From Eledone cirrhosa (lineage: Eukaryota), in NCBI GenBank assembly GCA_964016885.1, contig OZ024764.1, forward strand, positions 25,544,001 through 25,608,000: a stretch of 64,000 nt of DNA. The letters run 5' to 3'. A program made the position numbers and the translations under genes. The notes below the pieces were generated by a model. The model was given only the letters and a program-made list of their open reading frames with translations. It had not been told where the DNA came from and ran no database searches. Shown in pieces: positions 26,471 to 38,841 of this stretch (positions are counted from its first letter, which is position 1; every line of letters begins with the position of its first letter).

Positions 26471-26713
26471 ATGTGTAGTTTTATTTTATTTTTCCTTTCC
26501 TTCTTCCTTCTCCAGCCTCACTTTCATATAGATTGCATTTTTGTTTTTAAAATCCAAATTCAATAAACAAACCTTTTGCTTTTAAGAAACCACTGGTAAA
26601 TGGAATAATTGCCTTATGTTGTTTATTACATAATAATAATTAAGCTCTGTTACCTACATAGAGCACTCTTTTTTCCTGGACTTTTCCGACGGAATTACTT
26701 CATTTATATGTAT

Positions 26714-26747
<34 letters not shown>

Positions 26748-26770
26748 GTATATATATGTATATATATATT

Positions 26771-26796
<26 letters not shown>

Positions 26797-26802
<6 letters not shown>

Positions 26803-28611
26803 GAGATAAATATGTCCGGAATGATGCCGGTGTACTTAGTGTCACAAATGATCAGAAAAAGGAGGCCTGGAAATGTCATTATGAGAGACTGATGAATGTG
26901 GAGAATGAATGGGAGAGAGAGAAATTACCCTCAGTAGATCCGACAGAGAGAACAGCTATTGAAATTGACGAATATAAGGTCCAAGAGGCGATTAAGGAAA
27001 TGAAAAATGTTAAGGCTGCTGGACCATCGGGAATAGTTGCTGAGATGCTGAAGGCATCAGGAGACGTAGGCACTAAACTTGTTGCATGCATCATCAATCA
27101 GGCTATATATGGTGGTGTCATACCCAAAGACTGGTGCAGCAGTTTTCTCATAAATTGCTACAAAGGTAAAGGGGATGCTCTGGAGAGGAGCAATTATAGG
27201 GGTATAAAACTGATAGATCAGGTTATGAAAGTGGCAGAAAGGATATTAGCACAATTAATTAGAGAAAGGGTCAAACTAGATGAGATGCAGTTTGGTTTTG
27301 TGCTTGGGAAAAGTACAACAGATGCCCTCTTCTTGGTGAGACAATTGCAAGAGAGGGTCTTAGAGAAGAATAAGCCACTATACTTTGTACAGAGGTGCTG
27401 TCAGCAAAGTCAGGGTAGGAATGAAGTTTAGTGAGGAATTCCAGATACAAGTAGGAGTACATCAAGTTTCGGTCCTCAGCCCTCTCTTGTTCATTATAGT
27501 CCTCCAAGTCATAACAGAGGAGTTTAAGACTGGCTGTCCATGGGAACTTTTCTATGCTGACGATCTGGTTCTTATAGCAGAATCAGTAGAGGAGCTAGAG
27601 AATAAATTCTGGCTATGGAAACAGCAGCTGGAAGCAAGAGGACTGAGAGTGAACCTAGCTAAGACAAAAGTGTTGATGAGTAGAAAAGAGGACAAAACTC
27701 TGATTTCGTCAGGGAAATGGCCATGTTCGATATGCAGAAAAGGAACTGGCATAAATTCTATAATGTACACAATGCAGATCCTGGGTACACAAGAGATGTA
27801 GTGGGATAGCAGGCAAACTAACAGGTAGGGAGAAATATGTATGCAGTAGATGTACAGGGAAATTAGACAGTAGAAGTCGCATTGATAGACACATTTTTCA
27901 AATGCAGACGGGTGCTATAGAAGTGGTGGATAGCTTCCGGTACCTAGGAGATCAGATTAGCATGGGTGGGGGTGTTCCGAAGCCATAGTAGCTAGAACAA
28001 GGACGGGTTGGAAGAAGTTTAGGGAGCTCTCCCTGCGTACGAAAGATGTGTTGAGAGAGAAACTGTGTCTGAGAGGGATAAGTTGTAGTGTGCGAGAGAG
28101 GAGACTGCGGTGGGATGGACATGTGATGCGCATGGAGGATGACTGCTGGGTAAAGAAGTGCCAGGATATCCCAGTGGAGGGAAGACGTGGTAGAGGTAGA
28201 CCATGAAAAACATGGGCAGAGGTGGAACAGCACGGTAGATAGGGCCATTAGAGATAAAAGACTAGCATGTAAGGCTTGGAAAAATGGAGCGAGTAGAGAA
28301 GAATATACAGCAACTAAGAGAGAAGCTAGATGTCAGGTGTACTTAGCACGCAGGGAGGCTGAGAGTAGGAGGTTTGCCAATGTTCTGCGACGGGAAGATC
28401 AGAGGCGTGCGGTGTTCCACATTGTAAGGCAGTGTGTCAATGCAAATCATGATGTTGTTGGAGATAAATGTGTCCGGAATGATGCCGGTGTACTTTGTGT
28501 CACGATTGATCAGAAAAAGGAGGCCTAGAAATGTCATTATGAGAGAGAAATTACCCTCAGTAGATCCGACAGAGGGACCAGCTATTGAGATTGACGAATA
28601 TAGGGTCCAAC
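26797..28611 (+). mobile_element. Degenerate RTE LINE of a second subfamily, internally rearranged
   Basis: ORFs 26892-27431 and 27385-27801 (FYADD, WPCSIC). After the C-terminus (about 28210), an upstream segment recurs that overlaps the start of the fragment (gttggagataaat.tgtccggaatgatgccgg at 26798 and 28456). Confidence 0.88.
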
Positions 28612-29106
28612 AGTCCATTCTCCATCTATATCCCTCTTTCAATCTACTCTCTCACAACCACTATCTCTTCCTCTCTATCTTTCTCTCTCTATGAAGGTAC
28701 TTGTCTCGGGAACCCGTGCTCCGACTTACACAAAACTTGTTTCATTCCAGTTGTATCCCCATTTCAGGGTCAACTTCCCTTCAAAGTATTTTCCCATTAT
28801 ACACCCTTTTGGCTGTATTACATTACAGACAAGCAAGCAATAACAGACTTTAGTAGTATATAGATAATAATAAAACACACACATGCTGCCTCCGGATTCC
28901 GCACGATCTCCCCACCTCATCTGACCCCTTTCCACACACACACAGACTTACACTCCACTCCAACATGCACAATGGTTTTTCAGACTCTCACACTTACATC
29001 CACGCATACACACACACACACCTCACCTTCCGCCATCCCCGCTCAGACTCCTTTATTCCACTAACTTCCCCCCTCACTTCTTTTCGGAGTTCTTCCCCCC
29101 ACTCTC

Positions 29107-29134
29107 CTGATGAAGAGCTTATGCTCGAAACGTT
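29107..29134 (+). ncRNA. Degenerate minimal hammerhead core
   Basis: CTGATGA-a-gagc(ttat)gctc-GAAA-cgtt; stem I partner not evident. Confidence 0.45.
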
Positions 29135-29599
29135 GCCCCCCCCCCCCACCTCTCTGTTTGGAAATGTGGGAGTCCCAAATATAGAAAATAACTGTAATAA
29201 CTGTATTATTTCATTCCAGAGATGATGTCGAAAAATAAACCTCATTTGGTCATTCCATGAGAGTATCTTGATCAGCTTATGAACTTTTCAGCTGACCCTT
29301 GTATACTCCCACACAAACACATACACAGACACACAAATGTGAAGTGAACTTCTTAACCACACAGCCATACTTGTGCCTACACACACAGACACGCACACAC
29401 ACACACACACACATGATCTAGTGTGTTTAAAGCAATGGTTCTCAAACCTGCTTTTGTTTAAAGTGTATGTTAGAACAAACCTATATTATGTGGCACAAAC
29501 AGTGAAGTCGTCCTTATGTTTACAGTCCCAAGTGTTGAAATGTAGTAGTGCTGGTTCTACAATAAAATATCCTCAGCCCACCCTGTGTCATGATGATAG

Positions 29600-30582
29600 A
29601 GTAGCAGTGCTGGTACCATGATGAAATACACCCAGTCCACACTGTAAAGTAGTAGTATTGGTACCACAGTAAAATACACCCAGTCCACACTGTAAAGTGG
29701 TAGTATTGGTGCCACTGTAAAATACACCCAGTCCACACTGTAAAGTAGTAGTATTGGTACCACAGTAAAATACACCCAGTCCACACTGTAAAGTAGCAGT
29801 GCTGGTAGCATGATGAAATACATCCAGTCCACACTGTAAAGTAGCAGTGCTGGTAGCATGATGAAATACATCCAGTCCACACTGTAAAGTAGTAGTACTG
29901 GTGCCACAGTAAAATACACCCAGTCCACACTGTAAAGTGGTAGTATTAAAATATAAGTATAAAATATCCTCAGCCCACCCTGTGTCATGATGATAGAGTA
30001 GCAGTGCTGGTACCATGATGAAATACACCCAGTCCACACTGTAAAGTAGCAGTGCTGGTAGCATGATGAAATACATCCAGTCCACACTGTAAAGTAGTAG
30101 TACTGGTGCCACAGTAAAATACACCCAGTCCACACTGTAAAGTGGTAGTATTGGTGCCACTGTAAAATACACCCAGTCCACACGGTAAAGTGGTAGTATT
30201 GGTGCCACAGTAAAATACACCCAGTCCACACGGTAAAGTAGTAGTATTGGTGCCACAGTAAAATACACCCAGTCAACACTGTCAAATGAAGGGTACCACT
30301 GTAAAATACACCCAGTCCACACTGTAGAGTGGTAGTATTGGTACCACAGTAAAATACACCCAGTCCACTCTGTAAAGTAGTAGTATTGGTACCACAGTAA
30401 AATACACCCAGTCCACACTGTAAAGTAGTAGTATTGGTACCACAGTAAAATACACCCAGTCCACTCTGTAAAGTAGTAGTATTGGTACCACAGTAAAATA
30501 CACCCAGTCCACACTGTAAAGTAGTAGTATTGGTGCCACAGTAAAATACACCCAGTCCACTCTGTAAAGTGGTAGTATTGGT
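29600..30582 (+). repeat. 48-bp minisatellite (19 units) related to the RTE 3' UTR internal repeat
   Basis: Unit aaaatacacccagtccacactgtaaagtagtagtattggtaccacagt, in two blocks (7+12 units) each preceded by the same leader taaaatatcctcagcccaccctgtgtcatgatgataga. Confidence 0.93.
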
Positions 30583-30905
30583 GTTATAATGTACTCAGCT
30601 CCAGTATGGCAACAGTCTACTGACTGAATGAAAGAAAAATAAGATTCACCACCTCACCTGCCCAGGTTAGCATTCCTCTTACTCTCACACACACTCCCTC
30701 TTCCTCTCTCTTTCTCCCCCTCTTACCCCCCCACCCCTCTCTCTCTCATACATTCACACTGACTGAAAGATTTGACAGGTAAAGATAGAGAACTTCAGGC
30801 ACAGGCCCAGCCTCCATCCCATCCAGCATGGGTGGGGGATGGAAGTGGTGACAGTGGGGTTAGGTTGGTAGGAGAGGTGGGTGAGACATGGGTAAAGTAA
30901 ATATA

Positions 30906-31007
30906 CAGGCTGTCCCCAAAAAATGTATTCACACTTCAACAGCATTCTAATAAATATTGCCTGTACAAGGTAATGAAAGTGTGTATACATTTTTGTGGGA
31001 CGCCCTG
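30906..31007. mobile_element. Tc1/mariner-type MITE
   Basis: 31-bp imperfect TIRs (caggctgtccccaaaaaatgtattcacactt and the reverse complement cagggcgtcccacaaaaatgtatacacactt) with TA on both sides. Confidence 0.8.
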
Positions 31008-31354
31008 TATGTATAAACAAGACACCACCACCTTACTCCACCCTGCTGTTCTCCTGGACATTGGTAGACAGACAGACAGACAGACATGTGGAGAGAGAGA
31101 CAGACAGACATACATGTGGAAAGAGAGAGAGAGAGAGAGTTATACATGAACTTACACACATATACAACACACACACATATATATACAAACATAACACACA
31201 CATATATAAATACACACAAACACACACATACACATTTATAAACATGCACATACATACAAATGTACAAATAAGCCCACAAATGCCCCCCCCCCCCACAACA
31301 CACACACGCATATATAGATATTGGCTGATGACCCTCCCAAAGTATAACAATATA

Positions 31355-31568
31355 TATAATCACACAGGGATGATTTGTTAAGCCTTCGTTACATTTATTG
31401 ATTGGTTACACGCGTTTCACTATTGATCAGTTCAAGGTTCGATCTGCATCGATCTGGCCCGACTCTGGAATCAAAAGCTTGTCGGACCTTGAGCTGATCA
31501 ATAGTGAAACACGTGTCACCAATCAATAAACGTAATGAAGGCTTAACAAATCGTCCTTGTATTATTAT
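31355..31568. repeat. Imperfect inverted repeat (about 85-bp arms) carrying hammerhead 3' halves
   Basis: Arms read outward ctgatcaatagtGAAA-cacgtg-TC-accaatcAATAAA (right) and GAAA-cgcgtg-TA-accaatcAATAAA (left, minus). Confidence 0.8.
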
Positions 31569-31679
31569 ATTACACTGTCTAGCTCTACACCTCGCTACTG
31601 ACGTGAACCTAAACATTGAGTGCTCACCTAGGTGAACCTACAGTAACTTCACGTTACACTCCGTCAATATATATATTGA

Positions 31680-32320
31680 GATAGAGCCCTTCACCAGAGA
31701 GGAGCTTCAGAGAGCCAAGAAGAGGATCAACGAGGGTAAGCCTTATGGAGAAGATGGAGTGGCATCAGAGGTGATGAAGAGGTGTGATTTTGATGATATC
31801 ATCCTGGGGTTCTGTAATCAGGGACTGGAGAAAGGAGTTGCCCCGAATCAATGGAGGATCAGTAACATCGTCCTAGTGCCAAAGAAGGGAGATCTCTCTA
31901 ACACCAACAACTACAGGGGGATCTCACTGACGTCACGTGTGGCAAAGACCCTCAGCAGGATGATTCTTAACAGGATCCAGCCCGAGATTGAGAAGAAGCT
32001 CAGGGACAACCAGAACGGCTTCAGAGAGGGTAGATCAACCATCAGTCACATCCTGATGCAGAGGAGGATATTAGAGGGAGCTAGAGCAAAGTGCCTTCCT
32101 GCGGTCATGGTTTTCATTGACTTTAGGAAGGCCTTTGATTCTGTGGACCGTCACTGTCTGATAAAGATCTTACAGGCTTATGGAATCCCCAAGAAGATAG
32201 TGGACCTGATATCACTGCTCTACACCAACACCAAAGCCCAAGTCATTACACCTGATGGGATGACAGAGTTCTTTGAGATACAGGCTGGAGTGCTCCAGGG
32301 AGATACATTGGCTCCCTACC
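31680..32320 (+). pseudogene. RT fragment of a different RTE-group LINE family
   Basis: PFTREEL..GEDGV, PKKGDL..NYRGISL, NQNGFR.GRST, FIDFRKAFDSV, GVLQGDTLAPY; truncated before YADD. Confidence 0.9.
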
Positions 32321-33002
32321 AATTAACAAGCTCAAAGTATAAATACTGAGCATTATATAATAATATATGTAGAAATAAACACAGAGAATTCTGTGTCTAA
32401 AATTACGAGGGTAGATATAGCACAAATGTTTTATATATTTAATCTGAATCATACAGTAAGATATAGAATTTATACAGACCGTATCAATAACCATTTCATC
32501 TCTCGGACAGATTAGAGATTTAATCTGTTTCTCTGTGTTTATTTCTACATACTCAACAAACATTAGGATATACCTTAGTATAATCCCAATTATACGTTTG
32601 GGGTGCTCACTATACGTATTTTGCGGATAGCCAGTTGTATTATTTTATATGAGACATAATTAAATACATCCCTCTTTCCAAACGATCGTTTCATTATAAG
32701 TTTTCTACAAGTTGGGAAAATAATGTCCAGGTTATGTAGAAGCCTACACATAGTCTATAGGAATATATACAGGTGGGCACATATATTTATATATATATAT
32801 TTATATAAGAGAGTATTGAAGTTTGCTTCAAGCATTGTGGAATAATAAGATTTATTTTTTTAGGTCGTCTTGGAAGCCTCAACAATGCAGATGGGTAAAT
32901 CTCTGGGTAACAGAATCGGGTGGTGAAGAGAGAGATGTATAGTGTGTAGAGGAACGTAGGAAAGAGCGTAAAAATAAATAAAAATAATAACACGAGATAG
33001 AG

Positions 33003-33254
33003 TTACCTTGGGAGAGATTTAATTGTCCCTATATTTAGGATTCGCATCCATCAACTGGGGGGTTTTCCGGGGGGAGGGGGGGAGTTATCTGTCGGAGAGG
33101 AACGGTATGTGTCCTCTGCTGTCTGCTGTTTGTGACTAACATCGTTAGTCACAAACAGCGGACGGCAGAGGACACGTACAGACAGATAACCGCCCCCCCC
33201 AGTTGATGGATGCAAATCCGAAATATAGGGGCAATTAAATCTCTCCCAAGGTAA
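33003..33254. repeat. Fold-back inverted repeat (3-nt loop at 33141-33143) with a degenerate hammerhead-like motif
   Basis: ttaccttgggagagatttaattg...gtgactaac-atc-gttagtcac...caattaaatctctcccaaggtaa. The right arm has cccc..TTGATG/ggat(gcaa)atcc-GAAA-tata-gggg. Confidence 0.8.
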
Positions 33255-33349
33255 TCTGTGGTTACCTCCGATTCAACCCGGAATAACGTATTTATATATA
33301 TATATATATTTATCTATATTTATCTATATATATATATATATATATATAA

Positions 33350-33600
33350 ATTTAAGAGATCCGATAAAAAATCTTCTACTTCACTTTCACATCTAATTTG
33401 GAACTTAAAAGACAACAATATAGACTATTCAATATCTTGGAGAACGATTTCGGAAGCACCTGCATACCGAAATATGGCTTTACCAAGATTCTGTAACTTG
33501 TGTATTGAAGAAATTTTTATATAATTAACTGTCAAAACTCTATTAATCTTAAAACAGAATTATTTTCTTCTTGCAGACATCGCCAAAATTCCACGTTCAG
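33350..33600 (+). pseudogene. Penelope-like GIY-YIG C-terminal fragment
   Basis: STSLSHLIWNLKDNNIDYSISW...CNLC.EE...LNLKTELFSSCRH, homologous to the end of 24507-25025. Confidence 0.8.
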
Positions 33601-33730
33601 AAGTATTTTTAAATTATAATATTCCTATACACCTTCAAAAGGATCCCATTTTCTTTAAAAAATTATGATATGTTGATTTAAAACTGCACTATCCACAAGT
33701 GTTTTTTAGCCTTCATATCATGTTCTCCTG

Positions 33731-33797
33731 TTTTATCTGATGAAAACACAAATATTATTGCATGATGATGTTTGTTTTTGAAATGCGCATAATAAAA
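33731..33797 (+). ncRNA. Minimal type I hammerhead ribozyme in a Penelope 3' pseudo-LTR
   Basis: ttttat-CTGATGA-aaacacaaat...tttgttttt-GAAA-tgcgca-TA-ataaaa, about 130 nt downstream of the GIY-YIG fragment on the same strand. Confidence 0.8.
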
Positions 33798-33827
33798 TAC
33801 ATGGAACTCCTTTAACCATCTTTTGAT

Positions 33828-33887
<60 letters not shown>

Positions 33888-34990
33888 ATACAATAAAAGA
33901 GATAATTTAAAGCTAAACTCTGACTGGTAACCATCTCATTCAACAAACATTAGGTTATATTTAAATATAAACCCAATTTAAGTGTTTGGGGTGCTAACAA
34001 TATGTATAATGTGGAAAAACCAGTTGTATTATTTTATGAGATATAATTAAAGTTAAAGTATATATATATATATATATATATACTAGTAGTAAAAGCCCGG
34101 CGTTGCTCGGGGCTGCTCAGTAGCTGTGTTAAAGTTACAATGTTAAGTTCCTTTCTTGGCTTAAAAATTGTAGACTTTCATGTGGTACTTTTGATTAATA
34201 TTCCCTCAACCAACAGTATGCCTTATGAAGTTAAGAAAACAAAACCATAACCCGAATGTTACAACAAAAGAGGATGCTGGGATAAAAACTGCTCTGGTAA
34301 TCTATTAACAAAAATCGAAAGTGTAAACAATGCAACACTTGTCTCAGAGAAAAAACATCAGCGTAACCAAACTATCAGTTATTTTGAAATACAGAAATTG
34401 GATGGACATGAAAAACAAAAGAAAAAAATACGTTATCCGAAGTCGAGGGGGCAGGCAGCATCAAAGAGGTTCGCACCTGTGATAAAAAATATTGACAATG
34501 TCATAGCGTAGATGTTTAAGTATAAACTATGAAGAGCTGATAACATACCCATGGTGAGTTTGACGGGCAGATTATAGACAGCCACAGCATGCGAAATGGA
34601 CAGATGCAGCAAAAGCCATATTCACCAAAAAGAATCGCTGAAATCAACAAAACAGAAATGCTGCTTCCATTGCATCTCCACATGCAATTGAGAATGATGA
34701 CGAAAGTTTACTTCGATGCACCAGAAATGCTGTTGCTGCGTGTTGTCTAGGTTGGAATGTATATTGAAACAATGAAAGAAATGACGGGAACAATCTTTGT
34801 ATGTATGCGCCAAGTTGTGTGTGTCTATGTATTAAACGCCGGACTTGTCAGCGTCCTTATCAATCGAAAGCATCGATTTCAGAGGCCTAGGTGTCAAAGA
34901 ATGCACTGTATCGCTGTTGAATACAGGTTTCGTAGACGCTATATATTTAAGGCAGTCTGTGTAACATTGCTGTTTTGACCCCAAAGAACC

Positions 34991-37314
34991 CTATAAAACC
35001 TCACAGTATACAATATTCTTTGTTTTTCCGTTTGGAGCAAAAGCAAAGAGGTTGTTCCGGCTGCCAACTCGAGAACATCTAACGTAGAATTGTCCATGTG
35101 AAAAACATGGCTCCTCCAGGTGAAGTCCTGCCACAGATAAAGTCTGACCCTGGGACTTGTTGATGGACATAGCAAAGGCAGCACGAAGGGGAAATTGGGT
35201 TCTTTTAAAAGAATAGGGTGCATCCACTCCTAATGTAGTAAGAGTTACCGGAGGTATTAAAACATCTTCTCCTTTTCCACACCCCGACATATTCGTAGCA
35301 TAAATAATGTGCTGTGACATCCTATTGACAACAAGGCATGTACCATTGCAAAGATTGGGAGGGGTTATATTTCTGAGAAGTATAACTGGACATCCTTCCT
35401 TGAGAGACAAAATATGTTGAGGTAGACCGGGAATATCCAATGAATTGAGGAATTCAATGGGATAATTGACCGCATCATATGGATCAACATTGGTACCAAT
35501 AGACTTAAATGTCTTATCATTTCCAGGAAGACTTTCAAGCATTTGGCGATAAATGGCGGAGACAATGACATTTGTAGGAGCTAATATAGCCCTCTCACAC
35601 AGCCATGTATGATTGCGGTAATTATCTGCCAAGTTAGGAAAAACGGCTGCCTTGAGATCTTCGACAGTGTTAACCAGACAGCATATATTGTCGAGTGCAA
35701 TGTCTCCATGCACATCTGAAGGTACTTTGCCGTTGCCAAGAATGAGGTCTTCAGCAAATATTTCAGACACAGTATCGCCATGCAGTTGAACATGCATGTT
35801 AGTGGTCAGACGAAGTGTTATTACCTCTTGCCACAATGGAGAAGACTTCAGGCAGGCCCGAACTTGATCCGCTCTGGTGCCCTTTCGAATAACCGGCAAA
35901 GTTTGTCGAAAGTCCCTTGAAAGCAAAAGAGTTACACCCCCTTCATGGTCTCCTGATGGTCTCTAATGTCTTTCAGTGTTCTATCTAAGGCCTCAATAGC
36001 TCCTTTGTGAGCCATGGTACATTCATCCCACACAATCAGTTGCCACCGTCGTAGAGTCCTGCTCTCGGACTATCCTTGGTGATGTCACAGAGCGGTGTTT
36101 CAGCTGATCGGAAGCTTAAAGGTAGAGTGTGCTGTCCTGCCGCCAGGAAGTAGTGTTGCTGCAATACCGGATGATGTAACGGCTATTGCGATAACTTCAT
36201 TCTGTCGAACTTTGGCAAGAAGAAGTTTAGTAACAAAGGTTTTTCCAGTGCCTCCAGGGGCATCAAGAAAGAAGATACCACCCGATCGATGAAATACATA
36301 GTCGGTGATAGTGTTGTATGCAAATTGCTGATCGGGAAGTAGTTTTGGTTCCATTTCAAACACATATCTAGCTAGAGTGTCGACATCATAAGATGTTTTT
36401 TGGATGATGAGAGTTGGAATTTTATTAGAATCAGTGCGGTGGGTTTGTGGCAGACCCACCCATAAGGAAAATCCTGTCCTCTATGTCTATAAGCCCTTTA
36501 TTGTATAAATCATCACTGAAATCTACTTCTATGTCAAGAAGTAGTAGTTGAGCCTGGTGCAGGAAGTCCTCAGACAGTTGGTTCCGAAACTTCAACCATA
36601 ATGTGTAGGGATCACAAATGTTACATAAGTGAAGAAGCTTTGCAAAGAGCTCTCGTAGGCTTCCAGCTGAGTGTGATGAAGCGATCTCCGCCAAGGTTAC
36701 ATCCCATCGTGAGTCATCTTCAAGCATTCCACGAGCCAAACAGGCATCTCTGTATGTAGACCAAACACGATTACCGAAAGTACTGAGCTCCTGAAAACTG
36801 GTCGGTCCTTTGACCTCATGCAGTAGCATTCGAAGATAGAAGCACTCGTGTTGATTTGGAGGAATCGTATACACTCGAACCAAGCAATTAGTGAATTTGA
36901 TCCCAGGAACTCCAATAACTGGTTGGCCAGTCTTTCTGCGACTCCATGTTTTTTATTTCATGTGTAGTATGATGACACCTGAGGATACAGCAATGATTTT
37001 GAGAAGTCATCGTATTCGCACAGTCTGAAAAATCCAGTTAATGTTGTCTCCCTTGGGGTCTGTTCCAATTCAGTGGCATTTTTGTTGGTATAGTACATCC
37101 GTTGACCATGTTCCAGGTGTACATCTAATTTTACAATTGAAGAGTGCCTATCATGTATTGGAAAACCGAAGATTTGCCAAAATCCCTCGCTACTACTTAT
37201 GTAGCGCCCTACTTGAAATTGTGTTACTTCGTCTCTATTGTTTTCGTTGAGTATACCGAACGAAGCAGCGTCAGACCCCTTATTAACATACTTACATATG
37301 TATTTGATGCACTT
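34991..37314 (-). pseudogene. Helitron RepHel (Rep motif 3 + PIF1-family helicase), frameshifted
   Basis: KYICKYVNKG, DAPGGTGKT, SSGIAATLLPGGRTAHSTFKLP, IVWDECTM, DFRQTLPV, LCNGT, QFPL..AFAMSINKSQGQT, HGQFYV.CSRV spread over four ORFs. Confidence 0.95.
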
Positions 37315-37509
37315 GACTGTCTGTCTGCACAAATTCACCGCCTATATCACCTCTCTGCACGACTGTCTGTCTGCACAACTTTATCGCCTATATCAACACT
37401 CTGCACGACTGCCTGTCTGCACAACTTTATCGCCTATATCACCTCTCAGCACGACTGCCTGTCTGCACAACTTTATCGCCTATATCACCTCTCTGCACGA
37501 CTGCCTGTC
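37315..37509. repeat. 46-bp minisatellite (4+ copies) at the Helitron deletion junction
   Basis: gactgcctgtctgcacaactttatcgcctatatcacctctctgcac starting at 37315, 37361, 37407, 37453 and 37499 (partial). Confidence 0.95.
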
Positions 37510-38070
37510 GTTTAAAATCTCATAAGGCTTTATTCGACATCAATGCTTATTTTACAAAATATTTGCTTGTTTTCCGGCGTATTCAAATAGGCTTGTTTTC
37601 AAGTAAAAATATTGTTTTAAAAGACTTTTTAATGGAAATGAAGCAAAATGGAAGCTTAATGTTGAAACTTCGAACTCATGAATTTTGCAGGTTAAAATTT
37701 TGCTGGTTCGAAAACTGTTCGCGTATTTTTGTACTTTTGCACGCATCGTTTATTCGTAACGAAAATAGATAAACAGAATGGCGCCATAAAAGGGAAATAA
37801 CTCGTCTCTCATCTCTATATATACATTTGAACTGAAATATCAATATATTACAAATCCAATTTTTGCACTTGGCGTGGGTCGATGTGAACATTTTTTTGAC
37901 CGATGTCTCCGCCGGACTTTCATCTATAAGTGTAGCAATTTCACTGAAATTTGAACGTACGGTTTAGGAGGAGATGTATGCCGACTGTTTTAGTAGACAG
38001 ACAGACAGACAACCTCAGTTTTATATATATAGACTATCAGAAAACCACACGGAGAGCGGTTTTCTGCTAG

Positions 38071-38260
38071 TCTATATATCTAAAACAGAGGATGTCTGTC
38101 TGTCTGTCAGCTCACTAAAACTTGAGAACCATCCAACCGATTGTTTTCAAACTTTAGACATGTAATACTTATGGTCCTGTGAGTGTTTTGAGCAAAATTT
38201 ATTTCAAATTTTCAATGCCCTAGGGACCGCATTAGGCGTTTTAGCGTTTTCTCTATATAA
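38071..38260 (+). mobile_element. Helitron-type 5' terminus, plus strand
   Basis: tctatatatctaaaacagagg-atgtctgtctgtctgtc...ccatccaaccgattgttttcaaactt, an inverted homologue of 37995-38033. Right boundary is uncertain. Confidence 0.6.
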
Positions 38261-38841
38261 TTCTTAGTCTTTCTTTTTAGATAGATACATAGATATAACG
38301 TTGCGCCCTTATAATATCTGTCTGTATGTCTGGCTGTCTGCATTACGTCATTATGACGCGATCAGTGTGTGTGTGTATATATATATGTATCGTAATGCAG
38401 GCAGCAAGACATAGCTTTCCTTCCCCTCTTCCAGCGTCTCTCTCTCTCGCTCCCGCTACCCCCTCTTGTAGTCTGTCTCTTTCTTTCACTCTCACTCTCT
38501 CTCTCTACGCGTCAGACAGACAGACAGAGAAATTGCTGGTTATATATTATAAGGAGTTATATATAATGTTTAATATAAATCTCCAGCAAGAATTGAAACC
38601 TTGCCACCGAATCAAAGACTCCTCTACAATGCATGGTTACACTAGGAACCACCACCGAGTGAGTGTGTATACAAACTTACAAACATTCTCAAATACACAT
38701 CTATACATTTACACACACATACATACTCATGTATACCTATGTTCACACACACACACATACTGTCACAATTACAAGCATACACAAGCTCTCTCATACACAC
38801 GCACATGTATACACTCTCTTTCACACACACATGTACAACTC

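Larger units (their letters stand above)
34083..38033 (-). mobile_element. Internally deleted Helitron
   Basis: 5' TCTATATATATAAAA at 38033; 3' hairpin gccccgagcaacgccgggc followed by CTAG|T at 34086-34083; degenerate RepHel inside. That both ends belong to one copy is an inference. Confidence 0.85.

Noticed and set aside
29600-30582. CRISPR-like array
   Set aside because: The 'spacers' are variants of one another, there are no cas genes, the context is eukaryotic and the unit derives from the RTE UTR.
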